From: a virus
Taxonomy: Duplodnaviria > Heunggongvirae > Uroviricota > Caudoviricetes
DNA length: 64,000 bases
Strand: one strand, 5' to 3'
Virus record (IMG/VR): IMGVR_UViG_2778261559_000013
The notes beneath the pieces were generated by a model. That model did not search any database and was not told the DNA's origin. It saw only the letters and a list, made by a program, of their open reading frames with translations. Position numbers and translations under genes: made by a program. Shown one piece after another: positions 22,881 to 30,774 of this stretch (position 1 is its first letter; each line of letters starts with the position of its first letter).

Positions 22881-23125
22881 AAAAGCGATACTACACAGTA
22901 AAGCATGGGACGCTACGAGCATTACAAGAGTTTGCTGACAAGCATAACGTTGAGGTGCGCAGGGAAGGGGGAAGTAAAGCTCTGCGCATGTACCGTCCGG
23001 ACGGGAAATGGCGTACAGTCGTCGATTTCAAAACAAACAGTGTTCCCCAGGGCGTCCGCGACCGGGCATTCGAAGAATGGGAGCAGATCATCATAGATAA
23101 TGCATTGCTTCTCAATGCTGATTGA
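22877..23125 (+). CDS. Lxc-like small protein, 82 aa (by position)
   Basis: ATGA overlap with the upstream gene. Name by synteny only. Confidence 0.4.
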   Translation: MKKRYYTVKHGTLRALQEFADKHNVEVRREGGSKALRMYRPDGKWRTVVDFKTNSVPQGVRDRAFEEWEQIIIDNALLLNAD

Positions 23126-23207
23126 GTTTTGTTGGCCCGGTTTGCACCGGGCGTTTCACAAACAATCAACTGGTTTGTAGTTCCTGCGGCGAGATGAATT
23201 ATTAATA

Positions 23208-23816
23208 TTATCGTGGTGCCGATGATGCGATAGCCTGTATGATGTTATCAATATCGTTATCGTTCAGCATGAATATAGGTACACCATTAGAGTTTGCATT
23301 TTTTTCAGTGCTCATCAAACAAAGCCCCTCATACATGCCGCGAGTTTTTTTGAAATTGGCGACTGATGGAGTGGTGTAATTTCCTTTAAAGTGCATTCCG
23401 GCTGATTCATAAAAAGGAACCAAATCAGACTGGCAAATCAAAGCGACCTCATTTGGAAATGCAAGTATTTCTGCCAGTATATTACTTCCAAGTCCATTAC
23501 CACGATATTGCTCATATACATATATTTTATGACAGTACAACGGAAAATTTCCCGATGGATGTCCGAAGATTAAAGCGTATCCGAACAAGTTTTCTTCATT
23601 AGTAAAGCCCATAATGCGCAAATGACCGGCTCGGTAACACTCTTCAAAAACGTTAATTATGTAGCTTCTCGCTGCTTTCAGCTCCTCTTCTGTCGGGAAC
23701 ATCATCAACCCCATAAGCGATGGAGTATAGGCCAGATCCTGAAGAATCCCATTAGCTTCATTTTCGAAAATTAGCGGTAAGTGCGGTACAATTTCATTTG
23801 CCGAGGTATTAGACAT
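23208..23816 (-). CDS. GNAT-family N-acetyltransferase, 202 aa (low-GC cargo)
   Basis: GNAT motif A YVYEQYRGNGLGSNILAE and motif B-like LICQSDLVPFYESAGM; AT-rich; own upstream palindrome and terminator context. Confidence 0.75.
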   Translation of the reverse strand: MSNTSANEIVPHLPLIFENEANGILQDLAYTPSLMGLMMFPTEEELKAARSYIINVFEECYRAGHLRIMGFTNEENLFGYALIFGHPSGNFPLYCHKIYVYEQYRGNGLGSNILAEILAFPNEVALICQSDLVPFYESAGMHFKGNYTTPSVANFKKTRGMYEGLCLMSTEKNANSNGVPIFMLNDNDIDNIIQAIASSAPR

Positions 23817-23824
23817 AGTATGGT

Positions 23825-23848
23825 GAGTCCTTTGTTTTCAAAGGACTC
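23825..23848. promoter_or_regulatory. perfect 10-bp inverted repeat (gagtcctttg-tttt-caaaggactc) over the presumptive SD, 9 nt upstream of the GNAT start
   Basis: Seen directly. On the mRNA the AAGGA Shine-Dalgarno lies in the right arm of the hairpin. Confidence 0.4.
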
Positions 23849-23959
23849 ATGTTATCAGTGATAATCGTTTGTTGTAATAGTGTTGATAAAATAATTTTCT
23901 ATTATGTAAGCAAGCTCATTTTTATGACGGGTAATGCAAAAAAAATAGAATCAAAAAAC

Positions 23960-24003
23960 TAAAAAATAATAATTCATGGGGTTTTACACCATCAAAAGTC
24001 CCC
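23960..24003 (-). terminator. rho-independent terminator after the 213-aa gene
   Basis: Minus strand: GGGGAC-UUUUGAUGGUGU-AAAACCCC hairpin followed by a U-rich run. Confidence 0.45.
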
Positions 24004-24014
24004 ACTATAAATTA

Positions 24015-24656
24015 TTAGAAATAATTATGCTTGCCTGTTAATACCCCTTTCGGCACTTTTTTTTGTTCCAGTGTCTGGGTACCCAGAATTATGTTAATAA
24101 GTGGACTTAGTAACGATGGTTCCTGGCGGGCTTCAACTTCTCCAGCCATTGCCCTGATGTAGTCGGCGCTGGCAACGTTGTTGTATTCCGTCGCAAAGCA
24201 ACATAGTAACGTCAGAACATGCTCTGTCGTTATTTCGCTCCAGTTGATGTTGAAAAATTCATCGCCTTTTTTATCGTGTTCGGAATCGAAGATGCTTTGG
24301 TGAAGGATGTATTTGCCGGATTCCTTGCGCGGTAACTTGATCGCTTTCTGGCGTTCCAATTCCTTGTAAATCTGCATTGCTTCAATCAGTACCGGTCTGC
24401 CGTTCATGAAGGGATCACGCAACCTTACACGCTGGCCAACTCGACCGGTAATAAAGCTGTTTTCCTCTTCCACCAGCACGATAAAACCCTTTTCCTCTTT
24501 TTCTCGCAATTCGCGCAGCAGCTGGAGTTCCATATCGCGGCGGCGTTCAGGGTAGCTGGTCCGCTCAGCCATTATCAGCTCATTGTTGATCCATGCAGCA
24601 GTCATTGACGCCGGTTTGCCGACGCTCATTGAAACAACGCATATTTTCTTATCCAT
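24015..24656 (-). CDS. hypothetical protein, 213 aa (low-GC cargo, upstream of the GNAT gene)
   Basis: Start set at the ATG at 24654-24656 (MDKKICVVSMSVGKPASM...). No motif I recognise. Confidence 0.55.
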   Translation of the reverse strand: MDKKICVVSMSVGKPASMTAAWINNELIMAERTSYPERRRDMELQLLRELREKEEKGFIVLVEEENSFITGRVGQRVRLRDPFMNGRPVLIEAMQIYKELERQKAIKLPRKESGKYILHQSIFDSEHDKKGDEFFNINWSEITTEHVLTLLCCFATEYNNVASADYIRAMAGEVEARQEPSLLSPLINIILGTQTLEQKKVPKGVLTGKHNYF

Positions 24657-24836
24657 AGCGCCCCTACAAAAAAGAAAAGCCACCAGCGGCGGCTTAGCAA
24701 TACAACTGAAGGTAGCGCCCGGTACTCAGACTGTGCCGTCCATGGAATATTTGAAAAGGGATCCATCCGTACCGGGCGTGTGATGATTCTGACTGAAGTC
24801 ACTTGTCAGTTGTCAATCATTTATCATTAAAAATAA

Positions 24837-24853
24837 TATATTTATTAGTGCAT
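24837..24853 (-). promoter_or_regulatory. C1-operator-like sequence (ATGCACTAATAAATATA) upstream of the 213-aa gene, overlapping the ref stop
   Basis: Matches the operator core GC.CTAATAAAT; 11/17 to consensus, so weak. Confidence 0.3.
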
Positions 24854-25405
24854 GATGTTTGCCATCTCATAGGCGTCAGCCAGTAACTCCATCTCTGACT
24901 TGTTCAGCAAGGTGAATTCTTTCTTGCCTCCAACCACACCATCGGCATGAACAGGGACCAGCCATGGGTATTTTTCTCTTACTTCAGCCGGAGCTGCATG
25001 CTGGTGGTGCCATCTACAAAGTGGCAATTGCTTTTTATGACAACCCGGCGCGGTACGACCGGCGATATGGTGCAGAGACACCTCATTAGATATTACTCCA
25101 TGCATATAGCAGGCAATGCAGGGGAGAGCGCCAAGAGCATTGGCGACGCGCCGTTCCTCCGCCGTTGGTGTTCTCCCCTTCAAGCCACGAGATTTTATTT
25201 TTACCACGCTTTTCCGCGTTTTGCTGGCTGGTGGGCGCTCTTTCTGTTTAGCGATACGGCGGTCGAGAGTATCCCGCATTTTCTGATATTGAGATTCTCG
25301 CCAGACCGGATCAGCCAACTTCTCCCGTTGCCGAGCGATCGCCCGTTCTCTGGCTGCCTTCTGCCACTTGCGGCACTGTTCAATTTTTTGTTCGATTGTT
25401 TTCAT
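24845..25405 (-). CDS. ref: Ref recombination-enhancement HNH endonuclease, 186 aa
   Basis: MKTIEQKIEQCRKWQKAARERAIARQREKLADPVWRESQYQ...CIACYMHGVISNEVSLHHIAGRT...CRWHHQH matches P1 Ref as I remember it. Start set at the ATG at 25403-25405. Confidence 0.85.
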   Translation of the reverse strand: MKTIEQKIEQCRKWQKAARERAIARQREKLADPVWRESQYQKMRDTLDRRIAKQKERPPASKTRKSVVKIKSRGLKGRTPTAEERRVANALGALPCIACYMHGVISNEVSLHHIAGRTAPGCHKKQLPLCRWHHQHAAPAEVREKYPWLVPVHADGVVGGKKEFTLLNKSEMELLADAYEMANIMH

Positions 25406-25503
25406 ATGGCAAAAAAAAGGCGGCCTAATGGCCGCCAATGATGTCAAGGAGTGAAGTAATGGCAACGTCTTCGTAGTTGACAAAAACTGCGGCTCAATTA
25501 TAT

Positions 25504-25520
25504 CAATCAATTAGAGCAAT
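25504..25520 (-). promoter_or_regulatory. C1 operator upstream of ref (ATTGCTCTAATTGATTG)
   Basis: 11-nt operator core ATTGCTCTAAT; ref is a known C1-controlled gene in P1. Confidence 0.55.
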
Positions 25521-25652
25521 GATAGATATTTTGTTTATCGCGAATCACATTTTTTCACTTCAGTACCTGTGTGCTATACTCCTTCTTGATTGATTGGATG
25601 CGGAATACAAACCCGCTCTTTTGTGCAGCCTGGCTCCTTGCCAGGCTTTTTT

Positions 25653-25964
25653 TTATTTCATCATGGAAGCTGTTAACGCTTTGGACCTTGCTGAACTGAT
25701 TGAGAGGACTTTGTCAACGTACCCCAAAAATTCGCCAAACTCAGACATCACTTTAGCAAAACCGCGCCGTGCTTCTTCCTCGGTGGCGTTCATCACGAAA
25801 TGTTCAGCACCACGCATACTTTTGACAGGGAACGCAACGGATATTGAGTCAATATCAGGCATTCTATCGCTCAGCTTTACAGTGACAATGACGGCTGGCG
25901 ACTGAATATTAGTGCTTACAGACAGCACTACATATTTTCCGTCGATGTTGAAATCCTTTCTCAT
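25653..25964 (-). CDS. Cra-like protein (by position between cre and ref), 103 aa
   Basis: Name by synteny only. Confidence 0.4.
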   Translation of the reverse strand: MRKDFNIDGKYVVLSVSTNIQSPAVIVTVKLSDRMPDIDSISVAFPVKSMRGAEHFVMNATEEEARRGFAKVMSEFGEFLGYVDKVLSISSARSKALTASMMK

Positions 25965-25980
25965 ATGTCACCATAAATAT

Positions 25981-25997
25981 CAATGAATTAGAGCAAT
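25981..25997 (-). promoter_or_regulatory. C1 operator (ATTGCTCTAATTCATTG) just upstream of the cra-like gene
   Basis: Operator core match; paralogous to the site at 25504. Confidence 0.5.
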
Positions 25998-26014
25998 CAT
26001 TTACGCGTTAATGG

Positions 26015-27046
26015 CTAATCGCCATCTTCCAGCAGGCGCACCATTGCCCCTGTTTCACTATCCAGGTTACGGATATAGTTCATGACAATATTTACGTTGG
26101 TCCAGCCACCAGCTTGCATGATCTCCGGTATTGAAACTCCGGCGCGGGCCATATCTCGCGCGGCTCCGACACGGGCACTGTGTCCAGACCAGGCCAGGTA
26201 TCTCTGACCAGAGTCATCCTTAGCGCCGTAAATCAATCGATGAGTTGCTTCAAAAATCCCTTCCAGGGCGCGAGTTGATAGCTGGCTGGTGGCAGATGGC
26301 GCAGCTACGCCATTTTTTCTGACACGGCAAAACAAGTAGTTATTCGGATCATCAGCCACACCAGAGACAGAAATCCATCGCTCGACCAGTTTAGTTACCC
26401 CCAGGCTAAGTGCCTTCTCTACACCCGCGGTACTAACCAGCGTTTTCGTTCTGCCAATATGGATTAACATTCTCCCACCGTCTGTACGTGAGATATCTTT
26501 AACCCTGATCCTGGCAATTTCGGCTATACGTAACAGGGTGTTATAAGCGATCCCCAGAAATGCCAGATTACGTATATCCTGGCAGCGATCGCTATTTTCC
26601 ATGAGTGAACGAACCTGGTCGAAATCAGTGCGTTCGAACGCCAATGCCTGTTTTGCACGTTCACCGGCATCAACGTTTTCTTTTCGAATCCGCCGCATGA
26701 CCAGTGAAACAGCATTGCTGTCACTTGGTCGTGGCAGCCCGGACCGACGATGAAGCATGTTTAGCTGGCCCAAATGTTGCTGGATAGTTTTTACTGCCAG
26801 ACCGCGCGCCTGAAGATATAGAAGATAATCGCGAACATCTTCAGGTTCTGCGGGAAACCATTTCCGGTTATTCAACTTGCACCATGCCGCCCACGACCGG
26901 CAAACGGACAGAAGCATTTTCCAGGTATGCTCAGAAAACGCCTGGCGATCCCTGAACATGTCCATCAGGTTCTTGCGAACCTCATCACTCGTTGCATCGA
27001 CCGGTAATGCAGGCAAATTTTGGTGTACGGTCAGTAAATTGGACAT
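26015..27046 (-). CDS. cre: Cre tyrosine recombinase, 343 aa
   Basis: MSNLLTVHQNLPALPVDATSDEVRKNLMDMFRDRQAFSEHTWKMLLSVCRSWAAWCKLNNRKWFPAEPEDVRDYLLYLQARGLAVKTIQQHLGQLNMLHRRSGLPRPSDSNAVSLVMRRIRKENVDAGERAKQALAFERTDFDQVRSLMENSDRCQDIRNLAFLGIAYNTLLRIAEIARIRVKDISRTDGGRMLIHIGRTKTLVSTAGVEKALSLGVTKLVERWISVSGVADDPNNYLFCRVRKNGVAAPSATSQLSTRALEGIFEATHRLIYGAKDDSGQRYLAWSGHSARVGAARDMARAGVSIPEIMQAGGWTNVNIVMNYIRNLDSETGAMVRLLEDGD is the canonical Cre sequence. Confidence 0.98.
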   Translation of the reverse strand: MSNLLTVHQNLPALPVDATSDEVRKNLMDMFRDRQAFSEHTWKMLLSVCRSWAAWCKLNNRKWFPAEPEDVRDYLLYLQARGLAVKTIQQHLGQLNMLHRRSGLPRPSDSNAVSLVMRRIRKENVDAGERAKQALAFERTDFDQVRSLMENSDRCQDIRNLAFLGIAYNTLLRIAEIARIRVKDISRTDGGRMLIHIGRTKTLVSTAGVEKALSLGVTKLVERWISVSGVADDPNNYLFCRVRKNGVAAPSATSQLSTRALEGIFEATHRLIYGAKDDSGQRYLAWSGHSARVGAARDMARAGVSIPEIMQAGGWTNVNIVMNYIRNLDSETGAMVRLLEDGD

Positions 27047-27053
27047 TTAACAC

Positions 27054-27275
27054 TCAGATAATGGTTTTAAGTAAAGTGTACAGGATCGGCTCTGCCTTTA
27101 CCTGTTTATGGTTCTCGTCATAGAAACGCCAGCGACCGCGCGTGCGTTCTATTTTCTCTTCACCGCGCGATAATGACAGTTGACAACTATCACGATCAAA
27201 CCCTTTTGCCCGCCAGTAACCACGGTTTTTCTCAAGCTCAATATGAGTGGACACTTTAGCAGCTGAATATCCCAT
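27054..27275 (-). CDS. hypothetical small protein between loxP and cre, 73 aa
   Basis: ORF only; it lies in the cre promoter region, so coding status is uncertain. Confidence 0.3.
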   Translation of the reverse strand: MGYSAAKVSTHIELEKNRGYWRAKGFDRDSCQLSLSRGEEKIERTRGRWRFYDENHKQVKAEPILYTLLKTII

Positions 27276-27464
27276 TTTTCACCTCTGATTGATTGGTGGT
27301 GCTAAGTGCGCTACGCGAAATCTGGAGCACAAACACTGCCAACATTTCGCAGATTTTACGTAGCGCAACCTTGATCAAATGATCAAGTGATCACTATTTG
27401 ACCTGATAAGGTATTGAACTGTATGGATTTACAGGTAAATTGATCATGTTCAATAACCCTTAAG

Positions 27465-27498
27465 ATAACTTCGTATAATGTATGCTATACGAAGTTAT
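27465..27498. other. loxP recombination site
   Basis: Exact 34-bp ATAACTTCGTATA-ATGTATGC-TATACGAAGTTAT. Confidence 0.95.
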
Positions 27499-27541
27499 TA
27501 GGTCCGAAGAGGAGTTTACGTCCAGCTGCGCATAAAAATCA

Positions 27542-27558
27542 AGAATTATTAGAGCAAT
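27542..27558 (-). promoter_or_regulatory. C1 operator (ATTGCTCTAATAATTCT), Op99-like cluster upstream of coi-c1
   Basis: Sequence match; position between loxP and coi. Confidence 0.55.
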
Positions 27559-27624
27559 AAATTTTGAGAGAAAAATCCCACTCCACCAGCCAAAAACTGG
27601 ATTGTTTTTCATAGTTGTTTGACA

Positions 27625-27641
27625 ATTGCTCTAATAAATTA
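27625..27641 (+). promoter_or_regulatory. C1 operator (ATTGCTCTAATAAATTA, 16/17), autoregulatory cluster upstream of coi-c1
   Basis: Sequence match. Confidence 0.6.
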
Positions 27642-27879
27642 TAGTTTTGCCGCCGTTTCGTAATACGACTTTGGATTCACTATTTAATGTGTCTTCAGCG
27701 TTGTAGAGCGGCTCAGAAGGAAATGAGCAAACAGGGAAACCTTATACAACGGCATTACAGCTATGCATTGCTCATCTTACACACAGCGCAATGTTGTTAG
27801 ATTACCCCAGCATGGATCATGGGTGAAACAGTAGGTCAGAGCTTCAGGCTCTGTGTTGTCAATACAGTGAGGCATAATT

Positions 27880-28089
27880 ATGGCTTTCATTCCACCAACC
27901 ATCGACGACGTTAGACATTGCTCTAACGCTTTATCTGTAGACCCCGCCGAAACCGACGCTGCCCGCGCCATTGCTGAACACTACTCAAAGATATCCAATC
28001 AGGAGTACCGCATCACCCAAGACGACCTGGATGATCTCACTGACACAATCGAATATCTCATGGCCACTAACCAGCCAGACTCACAATAA
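27880..28089 (+). CDS. coi: Coi (C1 inactivator), 69 aa
   Basis: 69-aa acidic ORF immediately upstream of c1 on the same strand, downstream of the operator cluster. Confidence 0.65.
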   Translation: MAFIPPTIDDVRHCSNALSVDPAETDAARAIAEHYSKISNQEYRITQDDLDDLTDTIEYLMATNQPDSQ

Positions 28090-28106
28090 ATGCACTAATA
28101 AATCTA
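28090..28106 (+). promoter_or_regulatory. operator-like variant ATGCACTAATAAATCTA between coi and c1
   Basis: 12/17 to the C1 consensus; the same ATGCACTAATAAAT variant recurs at 24837 and 46851. Confidence 0.3.
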
Positions 28107-28199
28107 TTATTTTCGTTGGATCCTTCTATAATGGTTGCCAACAACTCCCAGTGTAATCCGCTGTGAGTTGTTGGCCATGTCAATTCTGGAGGAGGATCA

Positions 28200-29051
28200 A
28201 TGATAAATTATGTCTACGGCGAACAACTGTACCAGGAGTTCGTCAGCTTCAGGGATCTCTTTCTAAAAAAAGCTGTTGCACGCGCCCAACACGTTGATGC
28301 CGCCAGCGACGGTCGTCCTGTTCGCCCGGTTGTCGTTCTGCCGTTCAAAGAAACGGACAGCATTCAGGCTGAAATTGATAAATGGACTTTAATGGCGCGG
28401 GAACTGGAACAGTACCCAGACCTCAATATCCCAAAGACTATTTTATATCCAGTGCCTAACATCCTTCGCGGTGTGCGTAAGGTTACGACTTATCAGACAG
28501 AAGCTGTGAACAGCGTCAACATGACCGCTGGCCGCATTATTCATCTGATTGATAAGGACATTCGCATCCAGAAAAGCGCGGGGATCAATGAGCACAGTGC
28601 GAAATACATAGAGAACCTGGAAGCAACAAAAGAGCTAATGAAGCAGTACCCGGAGGATGAAAAATTCCGTATGCGCGTACACGGCTTTAGCGAAACAATG
28701 CTGCGCGTCCATTACATTTCTAGTAGCCCTAACTACAATGATGGTAAATCAGTTAGTTACCATGTGCCGCTATGTGGTGTGTTTATCTGCGATGAAACTC
28801 TCCGTGATGGAATTATCATCAACGGTGAATTCGAGAAAGCAAAATTTAGCCTTTATGACTCTATAGAACCGATCATCTGCGACCGCTGGCCGCAAGCAAA
28901 AATATATCGCCTGGCAGATATTGAAAATGTAAAAAAACAAATTGCCATCACTCGCGAAGAGAAAAAGGTTAAGTCAGCCGCATCAGTTACACGCAGCCGT
29001 AAAACCAAGAAGGGGCAGCCAGTAAACGACAACCCCGAAAGCGCGCAATAA
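28200..29051 (+). CDS. c1: C1 repressor of lysogeny, 283 aa
   Basis: MINYVYGEQLYQEFVSFRDLFLKKAVARAQHVDAASDGRPVRPVVVLPFKETDS... with the size and position of P1 C1; consistent with the many cognate operators in the window. Confidence 0.9.
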   Translation: MINYVYGEQLYQEFVSFRDLFLKKAVARAQHVDAASDGRPVRPVVVLPFKETDSIQAEIDKWTLMARELEQYPDLNIPKTILYPVPNILRGVRKVTTYQTEAVNSVNMTAGRIIHLIDKDIRIQKSAGINEHSAKYIENLEATKELMKQYPEDEKFRMRVHGFSETMLRVHYISSSPNYNDGKSVSYHVPLCGVFICDETLRDGIIINGEFEKAKFSLYDSIEPIICDRWPQAKIYRLADIENVKKQIAITREEKKVKSAASVTRSRKTKKGQPVNDNPESAQ

Positions 29052-29083
29052 ATTATGCCCGGCATCAACCGGGCATTCTTCCA

Positions 29084-30196
29084 TTATTCAGCCGCCACCG
29101 GTTTTAACAAGCCAGCATCGAGCAGTTTACGCGTCAACCACTGCTGGCCTTTACCCGTTAATTGAGGCGTCAACCGTATCTGGTAGCCATCTTCATCATC
29201 CAGCACCACTTCTTTCACCGTGAAATACCCCGCATTGATGTACTGCTGGAACGGCACATTTTTACGTCCACCGGACGCTATCAGGATGCCGTTCTCCCGT
29301 AACCAGGCAAACAGCGCGTTTTGCTTAAGTCCAACAACCTTTGCAAAATTCCCAATCAGGATCCCTTTAGCTACTGATACCCGGTCGGCAAAATCGACTT
29401 TAGGAGCGGCGGCCACCAGCTGCTGATTTAGCTGGTGGGCTTTCTGTTCCAGAAGCTGCTTTTGTTCAGCCAGTTCGGCAGCCAGGCGCAGAGCTTCTGG
29501 AAGCGTCTGGGGGATTGCGATCGGTTGCTGTTCTTTTTGTCGGAAGTAGCTGTCTTCCAGTTTTTCAAAGAATGCCCACGCTTCATTTGTGTCCACGATC
29601 TTAGACATGCGTGCCGCTCCGCGCTCGGCCCAGAGAATTACCTGACTTGTATATTTGCTAACCAAGTGACTAATAGTCACTAGCATTTTAAATTCCTTTA
29701 ATTTTGAACCAGTTAAGAGATAGTAATGCTTACCTTCTTCAAAGCGATCGGGGTTGCGAGACAAATTTTTACGAATATTCGCTTCATCGGTCCCATACCC
29801 TTTAGCAAGAGTCTCAGTTGTCACTACACGCACTCCCAGCCATTCCAGAACGGGAATTTCATCAGACTGATTCTGAACAACCACCAGCTCCGATTCCTGA
29901 ACTGAAGGTGCATGAATTTTTTCTGATTTAACGTTAGTTGCTTTCATTCTGTGTGCCTCCTTGCGTGCTTCGGCTGCGACGGTTGCGTAATTCAGATGAC
30001 CCTGTTCGAGCAGGTATTCGCGGATATCAGACAACAGAATGCGGTGAACAGCGTTCTTGTCCTTTCTCCGGTAAAGTTGTTTGGTGATCATGAAGTAGTT
30101 GGCCATAACGCCTGGTATATCCCTGGTACTGATACAGGCAGTGTGCTGTTCAATTGCCTCAATCATCTCTTCACGGGTGACTAATGACGTTCTCAT
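29084..30196 (-). CDS. phage antirepressor (ORF6N N-terminal and KilA-C C-terminal domains), 370 aa
   Basis: RVVTTETLAKGYGTDEANIRKNLSRNPDRFEEGKHYYLLTG matches the ORF6N/AntA pattern; C-terminal ...LFAWLRENGILIASGGRKNVPFQQYINAGYFTVKE matches the KilA-C pattern. Confidence 0.65.
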   Translation of the reverse strand: MRTSLVTREEMIEAIEQHTACISTRDIPGVMANYFMITKQLYRRKDKNAVHRILLSDIREYLLEQGHLNYATVAAEARKEAHRMKATNVKSEKIHAPSVQESELVVVQNQSDEIPVLEWLGVRVVTTETLAKGYGTDEANIRKNLSRNPDRFEEGKHYYLLTGSKLKEFKMLVTISHLVSKYTSQVILWAERGAARMSKIVDTNEAWAFFEKLEDSYFRQKEQQPIAIPQTLPEALRLAAELAEQKQLLEQKAHQLNQQLVAAAPKVDFADRVSVAKGILIGNFAKVVGLKQNALFAWLRENGILIASGGRKNVPFQQYINAGYFTVKEVVLDDEDGYQIRLTPQLTGKGQQWLTRKLLDAGLLKPVAAE

Positions 30197-30414
30197 AGTC
30201 CCTCCTGAGCAGAAGCGTTAACAGGGAGGCACCAGTAACTGAGAGAATTGCGCGAATCAGTAGAAAAACGGGCGGAGAAAATACAGGGTGCATCAGGAAG
30301 CTGAGAGCGAGCCTCATCTTCTGTCGGTGCAATAACGAAGTGATAGTGACGTTTCTGGCAGGAGTAAAAGCGCCAGATAAATTCAGGATGAGTTGGGGTA
30401 GGGATAGTAGCCAT
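30193..30414 (-). CDS. small ORF, 73 aa, translationally coupled to the antirepressor (icd-like position)
   Basis: Strong RBS AAAGGAGG; ATGA overlap with the antirepressor start. Confidence 0.4.
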   Translation of the reverse strand: MATIPTPTHPEFIWRFYSCQKRHYHFVIAPTEDEARSQLPDAPCIFSARFSTDSRNSLSYWCLPVNASAQEGL

Positions 30415-30419
30415 AATGG

Positions 30420-30560
30420 CAGCCTCCTTTGACTAAGTTAAGGAGCTACCGCGTGAGGTTCCAATCTCAATGGCGGTAGCACTGACTGGGTTGGAACTAC
30501 CGGCGTCAAAGGGAACCGGCCTGCCTTTCGGCAGCCCAGCCAGCACTACCATTGATCTCT
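30420..30560 (-). ncRNA. structured leader / candidate c4-like antisense-RNA region upstream of the small ORF and antirepressor
   Basis: On the minus-strand RNA, GGUAGUGCUGGCUGGG pairs with CCCAGUCAGUGCUACC as a 16-bp stem with three G-U wobbles, so it is strand-specific. A competing 8-bp stem GCUACCGC/GCGGUAGC and an SD-sequestering hairpin CUCCUU...AAGGAG lie next to it. Confidence 0.3.
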
Positions 30561-30597
30561 GAGCTAAACGCTACGTATGGCCGTGCGATGGCATGAC

Positions 30598-30622
30598 ACA
30601 AAAAAAGACGCTTTTGGCGTCT
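30598..30622 (-). terminator. rho-independent terminator downstream of pacB
   Basis: Minus strand: AGACGCC-AAAA-GCGUCU followed by UUUUUUU. Confidence 0.5.
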
Positions 30623-30753
30623 GTGTCGCCTTTGACATTATCCGGGGTTCCAATCCCGGCACCCGTTTTAATGAGGTGCCTGATAAGCATAAACCGAAAA
30701 TGCCTCAAGGCGCAAGAGGTCAGGTTCAATGTAACATCGGCAGTCAAAAAACA

Positions 30754-30770
30754 CAATTTATTAGAGCAAG
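30754..30770 (-). promoter_or_regulatory. C1 operator (CTTGCTCTAATAAATTG, 15/17) at the pacB 3' end, upstream of the leader-antirepressor unit
   Basis: Sequence match. Confidence 0.5.
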
Positions 30771-30774
30771 TTTT

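Noticed and set aside
23126-24844. Expected type III restriction-modification genes (res/mod) between the lxc-like gene and ref
   Set aside because: Not present: the slot holds only the 213-aa and GNAT genes, with no methyltransferase or helicase-nuclease motifs.
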